Positions 1 to 9,131 of a stretch of DNA of 62,876 nt are shown here, one piece after another. The position numbers and the translations under genes were made by a program. The notes beneath the pieces were generated by a model. The model had not been told where the DNA came from and did no database searches. It saw only the letters and a list, made by a program, of their open reading frames with translations. This stretch comes from a virus (taxonomy: Duplodnaviria; Caudoviricetes): IMG/VR virus record IMGVR_UViG_3300048694_000377, positions 1 to 62,876 of that record; one strand, given 5' to 3'. Position 1 is the first letter of the stretch. Every line of letters begins with the position of its first letter.

Positions 1-127
1 ATGTTGGGATCAAGCTGCTTGTATCGAGCAGTCAGATACAAGGTTCCCGCGTTAGGAGCAGGGGTGCCAGTACCAGTCAATGCCAGAGTGAACACAAGCT
101 GAGAGAAAGTTCCAGGCTCAACCACAC
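1..127. repeat. 127-bp direct repeat with 62750-62876 (circular-assembly overlap)
   Basis: The last 127 nt repeat the first 127 nt, and an ORF reads through the junction. Confidence 0.95.
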
Positions 128-653
128 CAGTGGGGTTGGTAAAGTCAGCAGTGGTAGACCACAAAGCATCGGGGTTGGTTGTCACTGAATATGTGCCAGC
201 AGTAATTGCATTGCTACCAACAGTCAAAGTGGCAGAGCCATACTGAGTGCCGTTGAACTGATTGCCCACGTTGACCACAGCGGCAGTCATGGTAGAACCA
301 GAGGTTCCCACAGCGGTGCCCACTTCAACCAAAATGTCGAGCAATTGTGAACCGATAGGCAAATACATCACAGCGCCACGGTACACAGTGGTTGCAGCAT
401 CAGCGGTAATGCTTGCAACGGTGGGAGGATAAGCTGTTGCGCTTTGAACGTAAACAGGAGAGTTGACGTTGGGGATCAAGTTGCCGTTTACAAACTGGGT
501 AGAGCCGCCGGGATAACCGGCAGTGCCATTTCCGCCAGTGTTGGCGAAATTCATTTGAATGGATTGAACGAGGTCGGTGTAACCAACGTTGCGAATGAAA
601 CCAAAGCGTGAGTCACCCGAAAGGATTGGGCCATTGAATGTGGAGCGTGCCAT
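1..653 (-). CDS. Virion structural protein, ~230 aa, spanning the junction (653->1, then 62749->62710); not in the ORF track
   Basis: ATG at 653 with TAAGGA SD at 663-668. Reads MARSTFNGPILSGDSRFG...YKQLDPNIGTTTTYPYGNFD* with the stop at 62710-62712. T/G/A-rich and located in the head cluster. Confidence 0.85.
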   Translation of the reverse strand, partial: MARSTFNGPILSGDSRFGFIRNVGYTDLVQSIQMNFANTGGNGTAGYPGGSTQFVNGNLIPNVNSPVYVQSATAYPPTVASITADAATTVYRGAVMYLPIGSQLLDILVEVGTAVGTSGSTMTAAVVNVGNQFNGTQYGSATLTVGSNAITAGTYSVTTNPDALWSTTADFTNPTGVVEPGTFSQLVFTLALTGTGTPAPNAGTLYLTARYKQLDPN

Positions 654-662
654 GACAAAAAG

Positions 663-737
663 TCCTTATGCAAAAGTACCCGTACCAATCGTTGCATCGT
701 CTGCTGGGCCAGTCCGGTACAGGTGAAATCCCAGACA
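663..737 (-). ncRNA. Candidate structured 5' leader RNA with three interlocking helices
   Basis: Complementary segments 730-734/704-708, 716-724/678-686 and 692-697/668-673 lie between a promoter and the RBS. Confidence 0.55.
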
Positions 738-741
738 GGCT

Positions 742-771
742 TTAATATATCGGATTTTCATTCGGTGTCAA
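742..771 (-). promoter_or_regulatory. Sigma70-type promoter
   Basis: TTGACA (771-766), 16 nt, TATATT (749-744). Confidence 0.65.
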
Positions 772-1342
772 GCAACTTATTGGACTTCTTTAAATTTTCT
801 TCTTGCGTAACAACTTCAAGGTTCCACGGCACATGCAACCCACACACAGTTTCACCCTGCAACGGCACAATATGGTCAACTGCGTGCCGCATGCCTGTCC
901 GCCGTGTCAACTCAATTGCCAATCGATACTTCATGCGGATTTCCATCTTGTGTTCCGCAGTCAACCACTTGGGCGTAGCCTGTCGGAAACGGCGACGTCG
1001 CAAACTGACAAGCTCTTTGTATAAATCTGGGTTAGCTTCTTTGTACCGTTGTTTTGCGGCTGCTTTTTCTTTTGGTGGACGAGAAAAAGCTTTTTCAATG
1101 ACTTGCGCTTTGTTGCGATCGTAATACTCTCGTTTGGCTTTTTGACCAGCTTCTGATTGGTTGTATTGGCGAAAATACTCAGCACGCGTTTGATTGCCTT
1201 TTTCCCATTCAATTTTTAAGCATTCAACGCAAGCGCCTTTGGTTTTGCGTGGCGCCACATGCCCGTGCTTACAGGGCTCTCCAGTGAAATAGTATTTGGC
1301 GCCTGTGGCTTTTGCTTCAGCGCGGGTTTTGGGGTATTCCAT
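758..1342 (-). CDS. HNH endonuclease (free-standing, homing-type)
   Basis: C-terminal HAVDHIVPL...GLHVPWNL...EENLKKSN motif and N-terminal YFTGEPCKHGH...C..C Zn module. Likely start ATG 1342 with AGGAG SD. Confidence 0.85.
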   Translation of the reverse strand: MEYPKTRAEAKATGAKYYFTGEPCKHGHVAPRKTKGACVECLKIEWEKGNQTRAEYFRQYNQSEAGQKAKREYYDRNKAQVIEKAFSRPPKEKAAAKQRYKEANPDLYKELVSLRRRRFRQATPKWLTAEHKMEIRMKYRLAIELTRRTGMRHAVDHIVPLQGETVCGLHVPWNLEVVTQEENLKKSNKLLDTE

Positions 1343-1378
1343 GTGCTTCTCCTGTTTTGACACAGGTAAATATAGCAT

Positions 1379-1403
1379 AAAAGAAAGGGGGCGCAAGGCC
1401 CCC
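1379..1403 (-). terminator. Intrinsic terminator after the major capsid gene
   Basis: GGGGGC-CTTGC-GCCCCC followed by TTTCTTTT on the minus strand. Confidence 0.75.
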
Positions 1404-1427
1404 AATCCATTAAACCTTAAGGTTTAA

Positions 1428-2339
1428 TTAGAATGAGCCAGATGAGCCCCAAGCGCCCAGAGGATCAGACCAGCCGAACGAATAACGCTCGCGGGCCTTG
1501 TATCGGACGTTGCCGGTGTCAAAGTCCCCGTCCATGGAGTTCTGCAACGGAGTACGCACAAAATGCTTCAGTCCGTTAGGAACGTCGGTGGTCAGGAACC
1601 AAGCGTTGACGTCGGTCAAGAAGTGGTTGACGGTGTAACCCTCAGGGATTGCGCCGTTGTTCTTGATGGCGTTGATGTCGTTGTTGTTGGTACCAACGCG
1701 CAGCTCAGTTTCGAGCAAGCGGGTAGCCACGAACATCAGGCTGGGAGGAACAATCAACTTCTTGGGCTTTGCTGCGATCAGCAAACCACGCTCATCCGTC
1801 CAGCCAGCGATCTGAATAACGGCGGCTTCCAAGGAAGTCTCGTTCAGGTCAGATTGGGTGCTGGGGGTGTTGGCGTTGGTTCCACCAGAGATCAATGGGT
1901 GAGCGGTGCTGAACAAAGAAACGCCGTCACCACCCACATAGGTGCTGCTGAAGCCGTTGTTCAGAACTGCCGCCGCTTTGACTTGCTTGGTGTAAGCCAT
2001 GGCGCGAGCCAAGCCTTTGGTGTAACGAGCAGACAAGCTGTCGTACAAGTTGTCTTCGATCGCCTCTTCGGTGATCGAGAAACCCAAGGCAATGGTTTCA
2101 TGGTTGTATCGAGTAGACCATGCTTCCTGAGCGTTGTCATACGCAATTGCGGAGCCTTCAGGCTTCACAGGTGCGGCAGAGAAGCCAGACAGCTTGGTTT
2201 CCTCTTCAAAGCTACGCTCCGAGGTTTCGGTTTCGTAGATTTCTTTGTGCTCTTCGCCGTAACGGGCATACTCCAGACCGAACAAAGCGTTCAGACCGGG
2301 CAAGAGCTCTTTCAATAGTTGTGCACGTGAAATTGCCAT
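1428..2339 (-). CDS. Major capsid protein (HK97 fold; resembles the GpT-like family)
   Basis: 303 aa, MAISRAQLLKELLPGLNALFGLEY...YKARERYSFGWSDP. Strong SD; follows the scaffold and precedes a terminator. Confidence 0.85.
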   Translation of the reverse strand: MAISRAQLLKELLPGLNALFGLEYARYGEEHKEIYETETSERSFEEETKLSGFSAAPVKPEGSAIAYDNAQEAWSTRYNHETIALGFSITEEAIEDNLYDSLSARYTKGLARAMAYTKQVKAAAVLNNGFSSTYVGGDGVSLFSTAHPLISGGTNANTPSTQSDLNETSLEAAVIQIAGWTDERGLLIAAKPKKLIVPPSLMFVATRLLETELRVGTNNNDINAIKNNGAIPEGYTVNHFLTDVNAWFLTTDVPNGLKHFVRTPLQNSMDGDFDTGNVRYKARERYSFGWSDPLGAWGSSGSF

Positions 2340-2349
2340 GATTTACTCC

Positions 2350-2964
2350 TTAAACCCCGGTTGAATCGTTGTACTGGGGCAGGTTCCACTTCACGACAAA
2401 CTCATAATAAGTCGTGCTGTTGCTGCTCTGCGGGCCAGTAGCGCTTGCTGAAACCACGTCAATGACGCGAATGGGGAAGGTTGCGGTCGTGGTAGCCGAA
2501 GAGCCATCAATACCGTAGTAGGAATCACCAGTGGTGGTGTTTCCGACGTTGGCGACCATAGCGACGTTCTTGCCAACCATTGCTGCGCGGCTGTAAGCTG
2601 CGGGAACAGTAGAGCCAGCGGTGGTCGCGGCAACTTGGAACACAGCGGCAGGATCATCCACCACATAGGCGTAAGCCAATGCAGAGGCGGTCGAGGTGGC
2701 TGCGGGGTAATATTGACCTTGACGGGTTTGGCCGTTTGAGTCAACGTACTGGCAACCAACCAAGACACCAACGGTGTCACCAGAGTTGGTAGCGGTTTTA
2801 GCGATCAGGTAACCACCAGAGATGGAAACGGTGTCGCCGTTCAGGATAGCGGTAGCATAGCCAGCCGCAACGGGGATTTGACGGATCGCTCCGGCGTAGG
2901 GCAGCCCATCCAATCGCTGGAGGGGTTTGAAGCCATACGTCTTGCTGACGGTGGGATAAGCCAT
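2350..2964 (-). CDS. Capsid-associated (decoration/minor head) protein
   Basis: 204 aa, beta-rich, directly upstream of the MCP with a strong SD. Confidence 0.6.
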   Translation of the reverse strand: MAYPTVSKTYGFKPLQRLDGLPYAGAIRQIPVAAGYATAILNGDTVSISGGYLIAKTATNSGDTVGVLVGCQYVDSNGQTRQGQYYPAATSTASALAYAYVVDDPAAVFQVAATTAGSTVPAAYSRAAMVGKNVAMVANVGNTTTGDSYYGIDGSSATTTATFPIRVIDVVSASATGPQSSNSTTYYEFVVKWNLPQYNDSTGV

Positions 2965-2981
2965 TTAAGACTCCTTCAAAT

Positions 2982-3461
2982 TTATGAACCAGAACCGAAA
3001 GACACCCGTGAGTCGCGTTCAGAGAACTTCTTCATCAACGGATGATTCTCTCGCATGAAGCTTTGATCCACCGATTCCATCTGCATTTTGTTTTGGCGGT
3101 CGTAGTATTGCGCCCGCTGCTTCATAAATTCTTCAGGAATACGGCAGAGCAGCAAACCACCAACTTCAACGCCACCTTTAAAGCGGCCTTCAGTTGAGGC
3201 GTGCATCATCAATTCGGGGTAATCCTCTGCCTTAACAGGTTCGTACCCCTCGCGCAGTTTGCTGGAGATGTTCTGGGGGTCAGCAGTTCCCATGGTGCTG
3301 ATACGGACGTAACGATGGATCCAACCCGGACGTGCATCCGGCATGGGCAAAGTTTCGGGCGGACGCCACATCTGGGGACGGGCGGCTGCTTGCCTAGTAT
3401 CAAGTTCACGGGCCAGTCGGTTTTGGCGGCTGGACGTTTGGGTTTCGTTTTGCTGTTCCAT
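2982..3461 (-). CDS. Head-module hypothetical protein
   Basis: 159 aa, coupled to the scaffold gene. Confidence 0.7.
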   Translation of the reverse strand: MEQQNETQTSSRQNRLARELDTRQAAARPQMWRPPETLPMPDARPGWIHRYVRISTMGTADPQNISSKLREGYEPVKAEDYPELMMHASTEGRFKGGVEVGGLLLCRIPEEFMKQRAQYYDRQNKMQMESVDQSFMRENHPLMKKFSERDSRVSFGSGS

Positions 3462-4432
3462 TATTCACCTCTTTTCAATTGAGCAACCTGCTTTGCGTAC
3501 AGTTCCAAAGGAACCCCAAGTCTGCGAGCAATCGCGGCTTCGGATGCCTTTAACTTAATACGACTAGGCGGAGTGCTACGGGAGGCCGGAGCCACCACAG
3601 TAGCTGATTTTGCACGGCTTTGAGGTTTTTCCTCTTTTGCCGGAGTTTCGGACTCATCGTCCTGTTCAGCACCGAAATGTTCGGGAAAACGCTTTCGCAT
3701 TGTCTTGTCGATGGTTTTGAAGTATTCCTTCGTACCAACATAGTCCGCACCATACTCTCGCTGCAACTTCTTGTCAATACCCATTGCGGCCATCGTCATT
3801 TCTTCGTCTTTTCCAAACCACTCGGCGTTTTTAGCCATCCATTTCTGGGTGCGGTTTGTCAAAGGCGCGGTTTGCGGTTGTTGCTGAGAAGCTGGGGTGT
3901 ACTCTTTTTCTTTGACCTGCACAGGCTGCATGCGTTGTGCTTCACGAAGATGAGCGGCGGCATCTGCGACTTCAGCTTGAGCATCGGCAAGGGCGCTTGC
4001 ATCGCCGGCCTCAAATGCGGCTTTGAGCTTGTCTTTAGCTGCATTCAGGCGGGTTTCTGCGGCGTTTTTGTTAGTCTCGATGTAGCTCTTGCTGCCATTT
4101 GCAACTTGCTGTTGAAGGCGTTTGTTTTCCTCCAACACGCTCTTTGCAAACGCTTCAGCCGCCTCGCGCTCGCGCAAAGCTTCTTCTTTGGCACGGCGTT
4201 CGTCGTGATAGCCACGGGTGAACTTCTTGATGCGAGCTTGAACTTTCTCGTCATACGCAGCAAGTTCGTCTTCTGTAGGATCCTCCACCTTCTCTTTCAT
4301 GGGCTTGCGTCCACGATCTTGCGGGGGAGCATCATCCTCGATTTCAACTTCAAACTTGTCCTCGGCTGCTGCCTCGGCTTTGTTATCAACTTCGTCGGGG
4401 AACTTAAATTCTTCGCCCTTGAATGTTGCCAT
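3461..4432 (-). CDS. Putative scaffolding protein
   Basis: 323 aa, acidic N-terminus, coiled coil, C-terminal IARRLGVPLELYAK helix; lies between portal and MCP. Confidence 0.65.
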   Translation of the reverse strand: MATFKGEEFKFPDEVDNKAEAAAEDKFEVEIEDDAPPQDRGRKPMKEKVEDPTEDELAAYDEKVQARIKKFTRGYHDERRAKEEALREREAAEAFAKSVLEENKRLQQQVANGSKSYIETNKNAAETRLNAAKDKLKAAFEAGDASALADAQAEVADAAAHLREAQRMQPVQVKEKEYTPASQQQPQTAPLTNRTQKWMAKNAEWFGKDEEMTMAAMGIDKKLQREYGADYVGTKEYFKTIDKTMRKRFPEHFGAEQDDESETPAKEEKPQSRAKSATVVAPASRSTPPSRIKLKASEAAIARRLGVPLELYAKQVAQLKRGE

Positions 4433-4442
4433 GGTTCACTCC

Positions 4443-4853
4443 TTAGAAAACACGGCTGATACCGCGAGGATCTTGCACAACTGCTTCCACAGAATCATCA
4501 TTGATGATGCGGAACTCACGGCCGTGGATCTTCAAACGGGTGCCGGAATTGGGGCGAACAATGACAAAATCACCGAGCTTGCATCGAGGGCCGGTTGGGA
4601 ACCTCGTTCTGTCAACATATGCCTCGGGGCCCATCTTGACCACAAAGAGCACCGGGGTGGTGACTTCCTCATAGTGCATGGTTTTAGCGTCTTTAAGCAA
4701 ACCAACATCGCTGTCGGCATACTCTTCCATCGCCTCCGGGACAACACACAGCAGGTAAAACCCAGAGGGTTCGGGCAATTGTTTTGCCTTTTCTTCGGCT
4801 TCTTTATTCAAGATGCCAGAGAGGTTTACTGCGCTCACATCGAACTCAGTCAT
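4443..4853 (-). CDS. GroES/Cpn10-like co-chaperonin
   Basis: VVKMGP..Y, CKLGDFVIV, GTRLKIHGREFRIINDDSVEAVV pattern. Likely start 4853 (GGAG SD). Confidence 0.7.
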   Translation of the reverse strand: MTEFDVSAVNLSGILNKEAEEKAKQLPEPSGFYLLCVVPEAMEEYADSDVGLLKDAKTMHYEEVTTPVLFVVKMGPEAYVDRTRFPTGPRCKLGDFVIVRPNSGTRLKIHGREFRIINDDSVEAVVQDPRGISRVF

Positions 4854-5043
4854 CGTCATGCTCCAGTTTTTGCACAAGGTCTTTGATAATGGACTCTGCA
4901 AGGCTTAGACCTTGGATTACCCCGCAGAGGTTTTTGTACTCAGCAAAGTCTTTGAGGTTCCCGCCGGAGCAGGCGGTTTCCTTCATGACCCGTTCTTTTG
5001 CAATCTCCTTGAGGAGATGGTGAAACGCTTGTGTATCGCTCAA
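4846..5043 (-). CDS. Small hypothetical protein downstream of the portal
   Basis: 65 aa, TTG start overlapping the portal stop. Confidence 0.65.
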   Translation of the reverse strand: MSDTQAFHHLLKEIAKERVMKETACSGGNLKDFAEYKNLCGVIQGLSLAESIIKDLVQKLEHDDD

Positions 5044-7598
5044 GTGTTTTCTTTCTTAGGTGTAGATTTTTGTTGCTGTTGCAAGGCTTGTTGTTGAGCT
5101 TGCGCACGCTGTTGCGAGGCTTGCTGTTGACGCTGGTGGGCCAGAAGTTCTTTATGTTTGGCTGAGTCAATACCAAGCTTGGCAGTGTCGATTGCCGTTT
5201 GACGCATCAACTTTTCTTTGTTGGCAGCGGTTGTGGCGGCTACTTGCATGGCTGCGATTTCTTTTTGTGCCGCGATACGTGCAGCCTCGATTTGGATCTG
5301 TTGCTCTTTGGCTTGCATCTCCATTTGCTGCTTTTGCGCCTTGAGCTGAACCTCTTGCTGCTTGAGCTGGAGCTCTTGCATCTGCATTTGGACCACAGGG
5401 TCTTGCATTTGCTGCTGGGCTGCCTGTTGCTGCGCGGCTTGTTGATTTTGCTGCGCAATTTGTTGTGTCGCTTGCGCTGCCAGCATGGCGATCTGATCGG
5501 CAATCTGCTTCGGAATCTCTGGACGATCTTCACCTTCTGGTGCATTGTCGTCTTGCATTGGCGGCAAAGGCATGCCAATCATCTGTTCGACTTTGAGGCG
5601 ATAGTCAAATGCAAAGTGCTCGTTGACGTGAGCCATTTCTGCGGCCACGATCTGTTGCGCTTGCGGGTTCATTTGTAGCATCTGCTGCGTATGCGGATCT
5701 TGAATAAACGCCATGTGCGTCGCAATATGCGCTGGATGGTTTTGTTCAATGAACGCCTTGACTGGCTTCATCGTCATGATGTTCATGTTTTCTTGTACAG
5801 GATCAATCGGAGTCAAATCGTCTTCCATCGGTACAAGCTTAGTCACATTTTTAACGCCTAAAACCTCCAGCATCTGACGGTGCAAAACCGGCAAGTTGTA
5901 GAGCTGAGGCGCTGTCTGAGCCAACTGCAAAGCTGCTTGGTATGTGACGATCTTTTGCGCCATGGTCGCGGCGTTGGGATCACTCACCGGGATCACATCT
6001 ACCAAGTCATAGTCAGACTGCTTGGCTTTGCGCGAGCCTTGCACCGGCTCGTAGCTGTATTCCTCTGGTGTGTAGTCGGCAATGATGCCTTTGAGCAGAC
6101 GGAACTCTTGACGCATCGCATAGTGGATGCGCGACTGCACAGCAGTCATCACTTTCAAAGTGCGCTCAAGAATGGCCAGCGTGGTGCCCACGGGGGCTTG
6201 GCTAGACATGTCGCTTACCTTCATATCACCGCTGGAGGCAAACGCACGGCCCTCGGTCACGATCTGATTAAAGAGCGTGTACAAAACCTGACTGGGTTCT
6301 TTGTATGGCAGGGGCAGAATGTTGTCTCGGATGGAACCGGATGGCACATCCACATCTCGGAACTCTCCCGGTGAAATTGGGGTGTCGTCGCCCTTAATTC
6401 TCAAGCCACGAGACTTCAGCCCGCCCGGGAGATTACTAAGAGTACCAGCATCAACAAGTTGCCGAATAAGCATAGTAGCGGACTTAGCATAACCGCCAAT
6501 AAGATGAATAAGTCCATAACCGTAGAACCCGAATCCCGGTATGTATTGGTAGTGGACGAAGTGCTGGCGCTTGAGGTGAAGCTTGTCTTCTTCATACCAA
6601 TTCCTACGCACAGCCAAGATTTTGCCGGTGCCTTTTTCAACCGTCACAACGTATGGCAACGCAATGCCCGTTTTTTCTCCACTCTTATCCGTGTGCTCGA
6701 ACCCTTTCAAGTCCAAGTCAACGTGCATCTCAAGCACCCGGTAGCGATCGTCTTGGATCGCTGACATACCGGTTTCTTCTGCTTTTTGCTTCTCAATGTC
6801 GTCAAGGTCCCGGCTGGGCTCACCCAACTCCACCTCACGATAAAAGCCTGCCTCCATGAGCTTGGCCAGCTCATTCTCGGTCTTGCGCATCACATGCGTG
6901 ACCCGCTCGGCACGCTCCAAACTAGACGCACCGTAGGGCACGACGATGTCTTCCGCTGGAATAAACACCGCCACTTGACGTCCCAAACTGGGATCATAGT
7001 AGACCTTCTTGAACGCAGAGCCAGCAAGCGGGAGCGACCAAAGAAGCTTTTCATGCTCGGGGCGATACTCAGCCATCACCTCGGTGAGCTGGTAATTCAT
7101 GTCGTCGCGCACGCGTGTGGACGCCGCTTGCACATCCGGTGTCTCACGGCCAATGATCTGGGTCTTAACAGGCCCCGCTGCGGGGAATGTCTCCATCATG
7201 GCTTCTGACTGAAAGCGCACAACTGACTCAGTCAGCATCGGGTGGAACACCCCACATGCGCCCTGCCAAGGCTCAGTGCGCTCTTCATAGCGCAAACCCA
7301 AGAGCTTCAAGCCTTCTACATACGTCTGCACCCACTCTTTGCGGTCTTGGGTGTCTTTATCAAAATCCGCCACCAACTCAGAGCCTAACGATTCAAGCTC
7401 TCGGTCGTCCATGTAGTCGGCCAAGTTGGCATCAAAATCTTCAGCAGTTTCTTTGCGTGGCTCAAGGTCAATTTCAATGTCGCCAAGACCAATGCGCACC
7501 GCCTCGGGATCCTCGATTTCAATTTCAATATCGGGCCCCGCATCTTCAAGCCCCATTGGTGCTTGATACAAACCTTTGTCAATGCCACTTGTCGCCAT
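5040..7598 (-). CDS. Portal protein with Gln-rich C-terminal coiled coil
   Basis: 852 aa directly after terL. GSAFKKVYYD and GFYGYGLIH motifs; long Q-rich barrel-like tail. Confidence 0.85.
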   Translation of the reverse strand: MATSGIDKGLYQAPMGLEDAGPDIEIEIEDPEAVRIGLGDIEIDLEPRKETAEDFDANLADYMDDRELESLGSELVADFDKDTQDRKEWVQTYVEGLKLLGLRYEERTEPWQGACGVFHPMLTESVVRFQSEAMMETFPAAGPVKTQIIGRETPDVQAASTRVRDDMNYQLTEVMAEYRPEHEKLLWSLPLAGSAFKKVYYDPSLGRQVAVFIPAEDIVVPYGASSLERAERVTHVMRKTENELAKLMEAGFYREVELGEPSRDLDDIEKQKAEETGMSAIQDDRYRVLEMHVDLDLKGFEHTDKSGEKTGIALPYVVTVEKGTGKILAVRRNWYEEDKLHLKRQHFVHYQYIPGFGFYGYGLIHLIGGYAKSATMLIRQLVDAGTLSNLPGGLKSRGLRIKGDDTPISPGEFRDVDVPSGSIRDNILPLPYKEPSQVLYTLFNQIVTEGRAFASSGDMKVSDMSSQAPVGTTLAILERTLKVMTAVQSRIHYAMRQEFRLLKGIIADYTPEEYSYEPVQGSRKAKQSDYDLVDVIPVSDPNAATMAQKIVTYQAALQLAQTAPQLYNLPVLHRQMLEVLGVKNVTKLVPMEDDLTPIDPVQENMNIMTMKPVKAFIEQNHPAHIATHMAFIQDPHTQQMLQMNPQAQQIVAAEMAHVNEHFAFDYRLKVEQMIGMPLPPMQDDNAPEGEDRPEIPKQIADQIAMLAAQATQQIAQQNQQAAQQQAAQQQMQDPVVQMQMQELQLKQQEVQLKAQKQQMEMQAKEQQIQIEAARIAAQKEIAAMQVAATTAANKEKLMRQTAIDTAKLGIDSAKHKELLAHQRQQQASQQRAQAQQQALQQQQKSTPKKENT

Positions 7599-7607
7599 GA
7601 TTTATCC

Positions 7608-9131
7608 TTAAACTGTGTAAAACCGCTCGCGGTAGCGGCTCCCTTTGAAATACACCACATCTTCTGGCTCGTCACTGGGCAAACGCAAAAAGCCACCCTG
7701 CCTGAACCGCATCAGCGCAAGCGTCGTTGCATCAACCAAGTCATCGTGTTCGCCTGCGGGAAACGCAGCTACCTCATCCACCAACTCTTCTGCCCATCGA
7801 GTTTGTGGCACCCATACTTTACCCGATGCAATGATGTCGGCCACTGAGTTCAATCTGGCAATCTTATCTTGTCCTTTGCTCGGCGTATACTCCTGCACTG
7901 GCACGCCCATCGCTCGCATGTCATAGATCAGTGGCGCACCAGACGCTTTCTTCTCGATGATCACACTGTCAGGTTCGTACATCTTGTACTCATCCAAGAC
8001 GTCACGTTTTAAATCAGGAAACTCAACGCGTTTTTTGTACACGTTCAAGAGAATCAAATTTGGTCTGAACCCATCTTCTTTACAGTGAAACACGCCCCAC
8101 GTTGTGCCCGCTGAATAGTCAGCACGGTTATTTTTCTCAAACGCCGTGTCCCAACTCTGAAGGATGTACTCACATTGCGGCGGCTCGTCTTTTTCCCACC
8201 ACTTCCACCAATCGCGTTTAACAATCGCTGACTCGTTACCTACCGGGTTTTGCTGGTACTGCGCTTGCCATTTTGCATTGGGCAGTTCTTCATGCAAAGC
8301 CTCAAGTTCTTCTTTGCTCCAAAACCCCGGCCATAGGGGATTACCCGAAGGCAAAATAGCTGGAAACTCAATCACCTCCCAACCCTCACCGCCTCGCTGT
8401 GCATCGGCTTTTAGCACTTGACCGGTCAAATCTCTTTGAGCCCAGCGAGTCATCACGATCACAATTGCACCGCCTGGTTGCAGACGCTGCCTTGGACCTG
8501 ACGTATACCATTCGTATACCTTGTCGTAAATCTCAGGGCTCGTTGCCGCAAGTGCAGCCTCTTGTTCTGAGTGCGGGTCGTCAATGATCAGAATGTCAGC
8601 GCCTTTACCGGTGACGGCACCGCCCACACCAATAGCAAAGTAGTCCCCGCCCCGGTTGGTATTCCACCGCCCTGCCGCTTTGGAATCCGCTTGCAAACTA
8701 ACGCCGGGAAAAATTTCAGAAAAAACATCTGAGTCCACCAAGTTACGCACCTTACGACCGAAACCCACCGCAAGCTCCGCTGTATGCGATGTCTGGATCA
8801 CTTTTTTCTGCGGAAATTTACCCAAAAACCACGCCGGTAACAGATAAGACGCAAATTCTGACTTGGTATGCCGTGGCGGCATGTTGATGATGAGTCGTTT
8901 TAGCTCTCCACGAGCTACCCGCTCAAAGGCTTCAGCCATTCGCTTGTGATGCGCGCCTTCAATGAAGTGCGGCCACACTTTTTTCACAAACGGTATGAAT
9001 TTTTGGCGAGCTAATTCGCGTTCTGCAAGAATATCGTGCTCTTCAAACGTTGCGTACAGGTCAAGTATCTGCGCGTCGCTCATATTAGGCAGCGCTTTTT
9101 GTAGTTTTAACAGCTTTTGTGCATCAAACAT
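7608..9131 (-). CDS. terL: Terminase large subunit
   Basis: MPPRHTKS Walker A, ILIIDDPH Walker B, SWDTA and HDDLVD nuclease motifs. Likely start 9131. Confidence 0.92.
   Translation of the reverse strand: MFDAQKLLKLQKALPNMSDAQILDLYATFEEHDILAERELARQKFIPFVKKVWPHFIEGAHHKRMAEAFERVARGELKRLIINMPPRHTKSEFASYLLPAWFLGKFPQKKVIQTSHTAELAVGFGRKVRNLVDSDVFSEIFPGVSLQADSKAAGRWNTNRGGDYFAIGVGGAVTGKGADILIIDDPHSEQEAALAATSPEIYDKVYEWYTSGPRQRLQPGGAIVIVMTRWAQRDLTGQVLKADAQRGGEGWEVIEFPAILPSGNPLWPGFWSKEELEALHEELPNAKWQAQYQQNPVGNESAIVKRDWWKWWEKDEPPQCEYILQSWDTAFEKNNRADYSAGTTWGVFHCKEDGFRPNLILLNVYKKRVEFPDLKRDVLDEYKMYEPDSVIIEKKASGAPLIYDMRAMGVPVQEYTPSKGQDKIARLNSVADIIASGKVWVPQTRWAEELVDEVAAFPAGEHDDLVDATTLALMRFRQGGFLRLPSDEPEDVVYFKGSRYRERFYTV

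Noticed and set aside
1-127. 127-bp end repeat as a biological terminal repeat
   Set aside because: It falls mid-gene and equals a common assembler k-mer size, so it is most likely a circularisation overlap.
1563-2318. Long antisense ORFs (1563-2318, 3620-4459, 10277-10972, 42315-43154 and similar)
   Set aside because: They are shadows of strongly codon-biased genes on the other strand, with no motifs or clear RBS.
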